Assembly: GCA_951406725.2 (NCBI GenBank)
Contig: OX597817.1
Span: 22,072,001 to 22,136,000, forward strand
Reading direction: 5' to 3'
Source of the DNA: Octopus vulgaris
Lineage: Eukaryota
Length of the DNA: 64,000 nt
Shown here: piece by piece, positions 1-12,505 of the stretch
How the letters are laid out: every line of letters begins with the position of its first letter
Numbering within the stretch: the stretch's first letter is position 1
Position numbers and translations under genes: made by a program
Notes under the pieces: model-generated
What the model was told of the DNA's origin: nothing
What the model saw: only the letters and a program-made list of their open reading frames with translations
Databases searched by the model: none

Positions 1-348
1 CCGACATATTTATATATGTTTGTGTATGCATATTTTTATATATATTTGAGTGCGTGGGTGCTGTTTTGTGTATACACACACACACAATCACATATATATA
101 TATATGCCAAGGTATGTATACAAGGACGTTAACGTATGTATTTGCATGCATGTATATGTTTACATATATATGAGTATGTACATTGAATGTATGTGTGTGT
201 GTTTGTTTATGTGAGTGTGTGTCTGTGTATAAGTATATATATATATATACCCTAACACAGACACACTCAGGCACACAGACACACACGCACACACACATGC
301 AATTTATATACTCATATATATGCAAACATATATATGAGTATATATGTG

Positions 349-422
<74 letters not shown>

Positions 423-437
423 TATATATATATATAT

Positions 438-1823
438 GGAAACAAGTCCCTTGCAGTGAATTACCGTCCGATCTCACTCACCTCTCATATCATCAAGGTA
501 TTTGAGAGGGTGGTGAGATCTCGAATAACCCAATTTCTGGAAAGCAACAGACGGCTGATCTCCAACCAACATGGGTTCCGTAATGGAAGGGACTGCCTAA
601 CGCAGCTCCTGCATCACTTTGAGGACATTTTGAGAGCTTTGGGAGAGGGCTCCAACACCGATGTCATCTACCTTGATTTCAGTAAGGCCTTCGACAGAGT
701 CGATCACAAGATCCTATTGAAAAAACTATCCAACATTGGTGTCTCTGGAAAGTTACTGAAATGGATTAAGTGTTTCCTGACAGACAGATCTCAACATGTT
801 GTAGTTGAAGGGGTAAAATCAAGCCCAGCCAAAGTCAGTAGTGGCGTTCCGCAAGGCACTGTGCTGGGCCCACTTCTTTTCATCATTTACATTAATGACA
901 TTAATGACATCATCAAGCACAGCAACATAAAAATCTTTGCAGATGACTCCAAGCTACAGAAGGTCATAAATGAGGCGAGTGACCGGACATGCCTTCAGTC
1001 AGATCTACTGGCTGTTATCCAATGGGCAGAAAAAAACAATATGCTGCTGAACGAGGATAAATTTGAGCTAATCCACTTTGGAAAAGAGGATGCCCTGAAA
1101 CTCCCATACTTCCTTCCTTCAGGTGAAACTCTCGCGGCGTCCAACAACATCAGAGACTTGGGAGTAATTGTGGACAACAACGTAAGCTGGGCCACTCATA
1201 TAAACACCAAAGTTGACATGGCCCGCAGAATGTGTTCCTGGATTCTCAGAACTTTCCAGTCGAGAGATATCCACACCATTATCCTTCTCTTCTCCACTTT
1301 TGCCCGACCCCACCTTGAATACTGTTGTCCACTGTGGTCTCCCCACACAATACAAGGTATCATAAAAGTTGAAGCACCTCAAAGGGCAATCACAAAAAAG
1401 ATAGATGGCATGACAGGCCTCGACTATTGGGGTCGGCTAGAAAAGCTAAAACTCTATTCTCTCCAACGTCGTCGTGAGCGCTACATCATCTGCATGATGT
1501 GGAAAATATTCCATCAGCATTGCCCAAATGATGTTGGCATCACCTTTAAGGTACATCTAAGGCTTGGGCCCCGTGCCATCCGCCCAAAACAAAAATCGCA
1601 CTCTCATCTCATAACAACAATACGGCACAATTATTTCACCTCAATTGGCCCCGCTCTCTTTAACATTACACCAAAACACATTAAAACAGAAACTGACCCT
1701 ATAGGGTTCAAGAAGTCTTTGGACAGATTCCTTCAAGAAATCCCGGATAAACCCCCTACACCTGGATATGTCTCTGTAAACAATAACTCTCTACTTGAGT
1801 GGGCCATAGTGCCCAAATTCTGA
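438..1823 (+). mobile_element. 5'-truncated CR1-group non-LTR retrotransposon ORF2 (reverse transcriptase and C-terminus), reading frame uninterrupted
   Basis: Translation has [50 protein letters not shown] and RPHLEYCCPLWSP. The upstream part of the called ORF (183-437) is microsatellite read-through. Confidence 0.93.
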
Positions 1824-1906
1824 CTTGAAAGACTTCACCAGGTGGTGCTATTAAGTTAGACATGGCCTGGGCCAATAATGGCCGAAACTATCAAAGTATC
1901 AAAGTA
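1824..1906 (+). mobile_element. 3' UTR of the CR1-group LINE with stem-loop and (TATCAAAG)n tail
   Basis: GGCCA-ATAA-TGGCC hairpin, then tatcaaag tatcaaag tat, then (TA)n. Homologous to the UTR at 43267-43340 (-). Confidence 0.75.
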
Positions 1907-1918
1907 TATGTATACATG

Positions 1919-2018
<100 letters not shown>

Positions 2019-2969
2019 CACACACACATATATATATATAATATGTTTTCATATGCGAGTGTTTGCGAATTTTCTTTCTCGTTTTTGTATTCGTGTATAC
2101 ATATGTCTTACGTAGCCACATGCGCGTAATTTATATACATAAATTAACCAGTTTAGTTTTTTACAGTTAATTACATTTTCGAAACTATTATCTTGCTAAT
2201 AGAATTTATGTTGTTTGTTCAGTTGATTATTGAATGTCTCTGTTTGCTGTTGTTCTTTTATATTTTCATTTTCAATTGTTGTTCTTCTAACGTTTCCACC
2301 AGTTTCTTGTTAGTTTACCGTTTTCAATTCACATTTGTGTTGATAGTTGATACTTTGTTTTATTGAATTTTCCATATGTATCCGCAGAAGAATTATTCTA
2401 GATTAGTATTTGTATGTGTCACAGTGTGTGTATGTATTTATAACCACATAGCAGTTTGCATACCTGCACATGCACACACAGAAACACTTACTCACGTACG
2501 CATACACACACACACACTATCACACACTTACACACACTATAATTCATATGTATATGTGTATGTATGTATGTACGTATGTATCTATATATTTAAGCATGTG
2601 TATGTATGTTTGTCTCTGTGTGTATGTGTGTGTATGTATGTATTTGTGGTACATGTTAATAGCTGGTTTCAGTTTTCTTGAAGATAATTGATCAAGGATG
2701 CCAGAGAAAAAAAAAGACTTATTCATTCCCGAGCAAGCCAATGTCACTCGATGTACAAGAAATAACTGCTAAATTGACCTCAAATCACATTTTAGTCTCC
2801 TCTAAATATAACGTTACTTTAAACAAATTTTGATCTTAATGTGCGTGAAACAAATTATCACACATCAAAATAGGTCGCTTTGCCACGGTTCCAGGTTCGA
2901 ATCCACGGTAACACTGCATCATATGCAAATATGCCCTTACACACACACACACATACTCACGCACATACA

Positions 2970-3143
2970 CACATACATACATACATACATACATACATAC
3001 ATACATACATACATACATACATACATACGTATATACATACATAAATATATACATGCATACATACATACATACATACATACATACATACATACATACATAC
3101 ATACATACATACATACATACATACATACATACATACATACATA
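2970..3143. repeat. (TACA)n microsatellite
   Basis: Direct reading. Confidence 0.95.
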
Positions 3144-4682
3144 CCATGGTCACAAGTGAAATCCATTTTATCAAACTTAATCTCTGATATATCAACTTAT
3201 CGTTTACTTTATCTTGAACCGCTGAGGGCTCGTTATGTCATCGTTTGTTTTGCTAAAAGTAATAGCCAAATCTACATCAAATCACATCCTACACTAGCAA
3301 AAGACGAAGAGTACTCTGGAAAATGTAGTTCAAGAAATACAAACAAAAAAACAAAAAAAATGCAGTAGTCTTAGCTGGAATGTTATTGCCCTATCAGAAG
3401 TGAACTGAAGTTATACAGCAGTACCAACACTAACACAATAGAATTCTGTTTCTTCCAAGCTCATTCGTCTCTCTTTCTCACGCTTCTTCCTATAGGAATA
3501 CGTACAAACAAATTTTCATATATGCGCGCGCGTCTGTACATGTGTGTGTGCTTGCGGTTCCTGTGAAGTCTCATGGCCTTGTGGCAAGGGTATACAGCTT
3601 AAGATCATTGGGTCTTGGACTTTTTTCTTGGAACAAGGTGCATTCTGTCCTTGAGCAAGGCATCTCACGTCTTATTGCTCCCGTCTGGAAATGAATGCCA
3701 TTCATGTGTTAATGCAGCCCTCTTTTCTTTTCTGCAACTGTGCCGCTGTGTTAAGGGTGAGGGAGCCGAGAGGGTATCTGTCGGCTCGAGTCTACAGGGG
3801 CACCTACAGCTATACACGCTTGTGAGTGACGGCTGTCTGTTCTGCATTATGTATATATCATATAATGCTCGGAGCTAAACAGCAACAGATTTCCAGTTGA
3901 CATTTTCTGTCATTCCTTCACTCTCTTACTCTTTTACTCTGCCTCATACTCTCTCACACTGGAAACCACTCGCTTCATCACGGTTCCGGATTTGGTCCCA
4001 CAGTGCAGCCCCTTGGGCAATTGTTTTACGTGTGTACATACGCATGCACGTGCTTGCGCGCGCGCATATATGTGATCGTGTGCGTAGGTGTGAACTATAA
4101 CATATAGTATGTATGTAGAATACAACAGGTATACATCTTATTCTTAATTAAATATTTCATTATAATTTTTTTTGTCTGTGCGGATTTTCTGCCGTGGCAC
4201 AATGTTGCTGAAAGACAAGAACGACGCACAAAATACAAGTGTTCAAAATTCTGCTTGCATGTATGTATACATATATACATTCTTACATATATACATACAT
4301 TAATACATACACACACACACACACTCACACAAACACAAACACTCACACTCACCTAGGCATCATGCGTCTATATACTGATGAAAATACTTGCGTACGCGCA
4401 CGCAGACACACACACACAAACGAGATATCCTAACAATGAAATTTAGTATTATGTCTGGTTCCAATAAAAAAAATCTATGTGTATATGTTTCCTTTAATTT
4501 GCTGTTCAACCGTCTGTAGCTAATAATTGATCGTTTCTTTTGCTTATATCAATGTCATACTCGAGCGAGTAGAACTATTATAAAATCATTCATGACCAGA
4601 TAGAAATATCAGCAAAATCTTCGTTAATTCACACCCAACCATTTAAACATACAAAGTAATCCTGGGTTACTAAAGGCACGTA

Positions 4683-4724
<42 letters not shown>

Positions 4725-5008
4725 GGAGGCGCAATGGCCTAGTGGTTAGGGCAGTGGACTCACGTTCGATTCCCAGACCGGGCGTTGTGTGTGTTTATTG
4801 AGCGAAAACACCTAAAGCTCCACGAGGCTCCGGCAGGGGGGGGGGCGATCCCTGCTGTACTCTTTCGCCGCAACTTTCTCTCACTCTTTCTTCTGTTGGC
4901 CTGCTCGCTTAGCCAGCGGGGTGGCGTCATTTGAAGGCTAAAACAATGCGAACCGCATTGTGACCAACGATGTGTAGCAACATCTGATAGCCTGGTTGGT
5001 CACGTGAT
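4725..5008 (+). mobile_element. tRNA-derived SINE, family C, tail variant 1
   Basis: A-box-like TGGCCTAGTGG and B-box-like GTTCGATTCC. The 5' part is shared with 24436-24813. Embedded in (TA)n. Confidence 0.8.
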
Positions 5009-5206
5009 ATATATATATATATATATATATGGTTGAATTTTAACCTGTTGAAGCAGCACCAGTAATTAACACCAAAATTCACATCAAGACGCTTAATTTG
5101 CATATACACTGTGTTGCAGCGGAAACACGTGCAGGTACTGACATGGAAAGATGTGATTAACTGTTTAATATAACCTGGATATGTAAATATCTGTTCTCTT
5201 AATTTT

Positions 5207-6058
<852 letters not shown>

Positions 6059-7125
6059 TTAATCGCACTGAAAAACATACGTGCTATCACGTAAGAGATA
6101 TCGACAGATTTGTATTATCTGAGATAGAACTGTATTAGTAAATACGGTTAAGTGTACATAATTATTATAAATAGTATTCTGCAAAACATTATATGGAAAT
6201 ATATTTGCATGGATACAGATACGTATGTCATCATTACAATTTAAGGTTGTCTACCTTTTGCAGAACTTGATACATCAAGAATGTTATGCAACACAAATGC
6301 AAAAAAGTGGGGACACCATTTAGGACAGTGAACGGCAGAGTTTAGTGTAGCACCTGAGATAACTCTGCTTTGGAGCTCAAAACTCCAACTTTTTGTAATC
6401 TGAACAACATGCATCCTAAGAACCTTCAGAAATAGAATTTAACAGGAATTCACACAACTTTCCTTTTTAAGTCTCACACTATTTTAAGAAACTACTTGCG
6501 ATTACCTTAAATGAGACTATATATTCAGCCGATCTGGGCATAGTGTGGAGAGCTTCAGAACTTCCATTTAATAATTATAGCGAAAGATGTTTATTTATTC
6601 CTTTCCTTTGATCATCTAATTTCTCTTTGATCTGTCTTTGATATCCTTTTTGGCTGTTACCATTATTTCCCGTTCTTTTTTGTTGTTTTTTTTTGCGATG
6701 AAACTTTACTATAAAACACTATAATAAAGATTACACATCATCGACATTTATCTGTAGTTTCAAAAATATTTATTTCAACAAATCAAGTATCAAAATACAG
6801 AATTTTTATTTGGTCTCATCTACAATTAACCTACCATGCATCATATTTAGAGTCTCCTCAGAATATTCGTAACAGAAGTGGTGTATGAGATATTTCATTT
6901 GTAACCAAGGTAATTGATATATCAAATGAAGCAGAGATGAGTCTGGTGAAAATCATTTTAGCTACCTTGTGGTGCATTAAGTGGCGTTGGAACTACCAGT
7001 AATGTGAGCTGACACGGGTATACTTATAAAACTCTATAACTTACCAATATTCAATATATTGACTGTTCCCTTTGTTGATTACAATTATACGTACGTTTGC
7101 GCAAATGTATGCGTATATGTGTACA

Positions 7126-7161
<36 letters not shown>

Positions 7162-7263
7162 GAGGAGGGGGGGAAGTAATTATACGGATAAACAAATTAG
7201 ATACATTAAATATATTAAATATACTACATGTAGTAGTTTGGGTGCGAAAAACAAAATATGATG

Positions 7264-7696
7264 CAAAACGAGAGAAAGCAAAATGTGTAGACTTTCAGAT
7301 GATGAATTTTAAAGTATAAACATATATATATATATTTATATTAATAGGGCCAACTTATATAGAGTGAAAACGTGAGAGAGAATTAAAGGTGTGGAAAAGA
7401 GGTGTTATAAGTCCAATTAAGATCTGAAATATACCCTGATGATGGAGGCTCATCTAAGCCACTGTTAACTGCAATCATACAGTCGTATATTGTGATGAAC
7501 TACATCTACCAACATCATTACAATCTCCGAGTCCCCCGAAACAGCTGTTGGACTTATAGCACCTTTCTTACATACTTTTAATTTTTTCTGTCGTCTGTAC
7601 CCAGTGTAAGTTGAACCCATTGATATAAATATCTACATATTTATACTTACAAATTCATTATCTGAAATCTCTACGTTTTGCTTTCTCTCGTTTTGT
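7264..7696. mobile_element. Foldback Penelope-like pLTR remnant: diverged ~150-bp inverted arms around a hammerhead-like motif
   Basis: 7264-7416 is a diverged reverse complement of 7548-7696. The loop has CTGATGA (7436) ... GAAACAGCTGT (7538). Confidence 0.6.
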
Positions 7697-8920
7697 TTAT
7701 ATACACCTATAACTATAAAATAGAGTTTGTATGTTTGTGTGTGTGTGCGTTTGTTCCTTATGCATTCCAAAATCGAGCTGCCGATTTTCACGTAAGGGGT
7801 ATCAACTGATTCGGTAAGCTTTTAGCTACCAACTAAACTGTATTTTCATTCACATATTTGCATTACAAAAATTTAACATTATCATTTTTCTTGTAGTCAC
7901 CTATCGACATTTTATACCACCACCATAATGACGATGACGTCACGCTTTCTATATGCGTGTTCGCACGTTCGTTACCTACGTTAGGCCGATGACTGACATG
8001 TATGTGTGTGACAGTGTATGTGTCTGTCAGTGTACATATATTTTTGTGACGACTGACACCCACACCCACACGCACGCACACACATACGCACGCACACACA
8101 CGCATCTAAAGACAGAAACAGACACGCACAGGGACAGAGATAGGCTTCACGTGGGCGTTAATGTAGGAGTGTGTACTTCCCTCCTTCAACAGGGAAACGC
8201 ACGGATAATTGAACTTTTACTTGCGGGTGGACTTCAAACAAACTACAACGTTCGCTTTTAAGTACTACCAACATGAAGATTTGCCTGATTTAACATCTTT
8301 CACAACATTCGCAAATATATCTGAAAAAAGATATTATTCTGGTTATTATAACAAATTCGGAAACTTGACGAAGTAGAAAGCCACAGCGGCTCCTTCAATA
8401 TAATTACAGAAATGTTATTCCACTCCTTCTCACCTATTTCAAGATAATGCTTTTTTAAAGGTCCTTGTATTCTCCAATACTGTGAGTATCAACTTCACGC
8501 AAACGTTTTACTGCTTTACTCGGTATTTATTCTACAGTCTATAATGTTATATAGTTCAAAAACAGCTTCCTTTTTATTCACTTTGTTCAGCATTCGTTTC
8601 AAAATTCTAAAATAAATTATTTTTATATGTAAAACTGAATTATGCCTTCTGAATTTTCTAGGACTTTCACTTTCTCTATCGTGATATTCATTCAGTCGTG
8701 AATTTTATAACATTTAGTACGTGTTCGAAATAAATGTTGACTTTCTGTACCGTCTTACATTGGTGAAGCATACTAACTTTTCCTAAATTGGTGACTTTCC
8801 CGTTTTTTATAGCATAACTATACTACAGAAAGTATGTTTTCCACTTGTATTGACTACATTTCGTTTGGTTTGAACTTCATGTATATACGTTTTGCTGTTT
8901 TCAATATAATCAATTCTATG

Positions 8921-8924
<4 letters not shown>

Positions 8925-9002
<78 letters not shown>

Positions 9003-9028
9003 TGTGTGCGTGCGTGTGTGTGTGTGTG
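8925..9028. repeat. (TG)n microsatellite
   Basis: Direct reading. Confidence 0.95.
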
Positions 9029-9289
9029 TTTCTGCGTTCGTACCTTCTATATTAAACTATAGTGAAGAACATTTTACGTCGTTTAATGAAGTAGCCATCC
9101 CTATGGTTGGTGATCCCCATGAAAATAATGATATTCTCATATGAGTTCAAGACAACAACCTCAAACGCGTTTCACAGACTCATTCCTATTATAATGCTCT
9201 CCAGTATAATTTTATTCTGTGGAATGGACACGATGGGTATTATTTCAACATTCCTCGGATTGAACCTGCAAGAGGATAGCCAATTACAA

Positions 9290-9712
9290 ACAAAAGGGTG
9301 TCGTCAAATGACTTCTATATGTATACCATTCTGCCTAAATAATGGATCTAAAAATACAATATCCCTGCATATCTCACATCTATTTTCATTCCTCCACCTC
9401 ACTCTCTACTTCGTATCTTATCTAAATTAACTATTGCTTAACCATCTTCTCACACCGCCTCCGATGAAAGGATATAATAAATATCCTAGAAACAGCTGTA
9501 AGACCTATTTATAAATGTTCTAAAATCTACACTGCCTTGGGTTTTTTTTATCTCATTACGGAAATTGTTTTTTATATACACACGCTGATATATGACCTAC
9601 GTTGGACCCCTTATTCGCATAATCACAGAACCTGGAACTCAAATAATGTCTATCCATAACACCTATTCAGCATTAACTGACACCTTTGGATCTCACTGAC
9701 ACGATTACCTCT
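9290..9712 (+). mobile_element. Penelope-like pLTR family P1 copy with hammerhead-like motif (9457-9504)
   Basis: Homologous to 19719-20115 (-) and 20147-20396 (+). Motif gcct-CCGATGA-a-aggatat/atatcct-a-GAAAC-AGCT-GTA-agac. Confidence 0.65.
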
Positions 9713-9936
9713 TTTAACATCGATGTATATATATATATATACATGGATATATATATATATATATATATATAGTGACGTATTTTTGCCATTTCAATATGGC
9801 TAACCCCTAAGGGTGGATGCTACTGTAGTTCTAGGCCCCAGGAGGACACACTCCTCCAGCTGGCCATAGACACACTTTCTGTGTCCTGTCAGTATTTGCA
9901 AAGGGAAGTCATCCTTCCCGTATTCAACTTATGATA

Positions 9937-9981
9937 CACACGGACTCGAGTTTCAAGGTATTGACCTCTCGTCAGCGTGTG
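9937..9981 (-). ncRNA. Type I hammerhead ribozyme, unit 1 (G-U wobble variant in helix II)
   Basis: Minus strand: cacacg CUGACGA gagg ucaaua ccuu GAAAC UCGA GUC cgugug. Confidence 0.8.
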
Positions 9982-10289
9982 ACAATCATAGTTGTCGCCG
10001 AGAATTAGATTTCCTTCACAAATACTTATACTTTTTCCAGCGTCCACTGTCGCTGATATTGAAAAAGTGAAATCAAACAATGATAAATATCAAAGTGAGT
10101 TATATACAGTAGCGGTAACACATCGTGACGTATTTTTGCCATTTCAATATGGCTAACCCCTAAGGGTGGATGCTACTGTAGTTTTTAGCCCCAGGAGGAC
10201 ACACTCCTCCAGCTGGCCATAGACACACTTTCTGTGTCCTGTCAGTATTTGCAAAGGGAAGTCATCCTTCCCGTCTTCAACTTATGATA

Positions 10290-10334
10290 CACACGGACTC
10301 GAGTTTCGAGGTATTGACCTCTCGTCAGCGTGTG
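10290..10334 (-). ncRNA. Type I hammerhead ribozyme, unit 2
   Basis: Minus strand: cacacg CUGACGA gagg ucaaua ccuc GAAAC UCGA GUC^cgugug, with full canonical core. Confidence 0.88.
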
Positions 10335-10642
10335 ACAATCATAGTTGTCGCCGAGAATTAGATTTCCTTCACAAATACTTATACTTTTTCCAGCGTCCAC
10401 TGTCGCTGATATTGAAAAAGTGAAATCAAACAATGATAAATATCAAAGTGAGTTATATACAGTAGCGGTAACACATCGTGACGTATTTTTGCCATTTCAA
10501 TATGGCTAACCCCTAAGGGTGGATGCTACTGTAGTTTTTAGCCCCAGGAGGACACACTCCTCCAGCTGGCCATAGACACACTTTCTGTGTCCTGTCAGTA
10601 TTTGCAAAGGGAAGTCATCCTTCCCGTCTTCAACTTATGATA

Positions 10643-10687
10643 CACACGGACTCGAGTTTCGAGGTATTGACCTCTCGTCAGCGTGTG
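10643..10687 (-). ncRNA. Type I hammerhead ribozyme, unit 3
   Basis: Same motif as unit 2, shifted 353 bp. Confidence 0.88.
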
Positions 10688-10995
10688 ACAATCATAGTTG
10701 TCGCCGAGAATTAGATTTCCTTCACAAATACTTATACTTTTTCCAGCGTCCACTGTCGCTGATATTGAAAAAGTGAAATCAAACAATGATAAATATCAAA
10801 GTGAGTTATATACAGTAGCGGTAACACATCGTGACGTATTTTTGCCATTTCAATATGGCTAACCCCTAAGGGTGGATGCTACTGTAGTTTTTAGCCCCAG
10901 GAGGACACACTCCTCCAGCTGGCCATAGACACACTTTCTGTGTCCTGTCAGTATTTGCAAAGGGAAGTCATCCTTCCCGTCTTCAACTTATGATA

Positions 10996-11040
10996 CACAC
11001 GGACTCGAGTTTCGAGGTATTGACCTCTCGTCAGCGTGTG
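10996..11040 (-). ncRNA. Type I hammerhead ribozyme, unit 4
   Basis: Same motif as unit 2. Confidence 0.88.
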
Positions 11041-11348
11041 ACAATCATAGTTGTCGCCGAGAATTAGATTTCCTTCACAAATACTTATACTTTTTCCAGC
11101 GTCCACTGTCGCTGATATTGAAAAAGTGAAATCAAACAATGATAAATATCAAAGTGAGTTATATACAGTAGCGGTAACACATCGTGACGTATTTTTGCCA
11201 TTTCAATATGGCTAACCCCTAAGGGTGGATGCTACTGTAGTTTTTAGCCCCAGGAGGACACACTCCTCCAGCTGGCCATAGACACACTTTCTGTGTCCTG
11301 TCAGTATTTGCAAAGGGAAGTCATCCTTCCCGTCTTCAACTTATGATA

Positions 11349-11393
11349 CACACGGACTCGAGTTTCGAGGTATTGACCTCTCGTCAGCGTGTG
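11349..11393 (-). ncRNA. Type I hammerhead ribozyme, unit 5
   Basis: Same motif as unit 2. Confidence 0.88.
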
Positions 11394-11701
11394 ACAATCA
11401 TAGTTGTCGCCGAGAATTAGATTTCCTTCACAAATACTTATACTTTTTCCAGCGTCCACTGTCGCTGATATTGAAAAAGTGAAATCAAACAATGATAAAT
11501 ATCAAAGTGAGTTATATACAGTAGCGGTAACACATCGTGACGTATTTTTGCCATTTCAATATGGCTAACCCCTAAGGGTGGATGCTACTGTAGTTTTTAG
11601 CCCCAGGAGGACACACTCCTCCAGCTGGCCATAGACACACTTTCTGTGTCCTGTCAGTATTTGCAAAGGGAAGTCATCCTTCCCGTCTTCAACTTATGAT
11701 A

Positions 11702-11746
11702 CACACGGACTCGAGTTTCGAGGTATTGACCTCTCGTCAGCGTGTG
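11702..11746 (-). ncRNA. Type I hammerhead ribozyme, unit 6
   Basis: Same motif as unit 2. Confidence 0.88.
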
Positions 11747-11897
11747 ACAATCATAGTTGTCGCCGAGAATTAGATTTCCTTCACAAATACTTATACTTTT
11801 TCCAGCGTCCACTGACGCTGATATTGAAAAAGTGAAATCAAACAATGATAAATATCAAAGTGAGTTATATACAGTAGCGGTAACACATCGTGATTGT

Positions 11898-11942
11898 CAC
11901 ACGCTGACGAGAGGTCAATACCTCGAAACTCGAGTCCGTGTG
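11898..11942 (+). ncRNA. Type I hammerhead ribozyme (inverted arm, copy 7)
   Basis: cacacg CTGACGA(11904) gagg tcaata cctc GAAA(11925)C TCGA GTC(11934-36)^cgtgtg. Confidence 0.88.
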
Positions 11943-12253
11943 TATCATAAGTTGAAGACGGGAAGGATGACTTCCCTTCGCAAATACTGACAGGACACAG
12001 AAAGTGTGTCTATGGCCAGCTGGAGGAGTGTGTCCTCCTGGGGCTAAAAACTACAGTAGCATCCACCCTTAGGGGTTAGCCATATTGAAATGGCAAAAAT
12101 ACGTCACGATATGTTACCGCTACTGTATATAACTCACTTTGATATTTATCATTGTTTGATTTCACTTTTTCCAGCGTCCACTGTCGCTGATATTGAAAAA
12201 GTGAAATAAGTATTTGTGAAGGAAATCTAATTCTCGGCGACAACTATGATTGT

Positions 12254-12298
12254 CACACGCTGACGAGAGGTCAATACCTCGAAACTCGAGTCCGTGTG
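12254..12298 (+). ncRNA. Type I hammerhead ribozyme (inverted arm, copy 8)
   Basis: Same motif. Helix I extends as caactatgat/atcataagttg across an internal loop. Confidence 0.88.
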
Positions 12299-12505
12299 TA
12301 TCATAAGTTGAAGACGGGAAGGATGACTTCCCTTGCAAATACTGACAGGACACAGAAAGTGTGTCTATGGCCAGCTGGAGGAGTGTGTCCTCCTGGGGCT
12401 AAAAACTACAGTAGCATCCACCCTTAGGGGTTAGCCATATTGAAATGGCAAAAATACGTCACGATGTGTTACCGCTACTGTATATAACTCACTTTGATAT
12501 TTATC

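Larger units (their letters stand above)
9772..11892 (-). mobile_element. Six near-identical 353-bp tandem units, each with a hammerhead ribozyme (retrozyme or Penelope pLTR array)
   Basis: Units start at 9772, 10125, 10478, 10831, 11184 and 11537, with only a handful of substitutions. The left end abuts (TA)n. Confidence 0.9.

Noticed and set aside
183-437. N-terminal extension of the 546-aa ORF
   Set aside because: Translation of (TG)n, (CA)n and (TA)n microsatellite. RT homology starts at about 438.
9889-11845. Repeated 63-aa minus-strand ORFs in the 353-bp units
   Set aside because: No recognisable domain and no ATG start. They recur only because the DNA unit repeats, and they overlap the ribozyme.
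9772-11892. CRISPR array or plain satellite interpretation
   Set aside because: No unique spacers and a eukaryotic context. The hammerhead and the inverted arm argue against a simple satellite.
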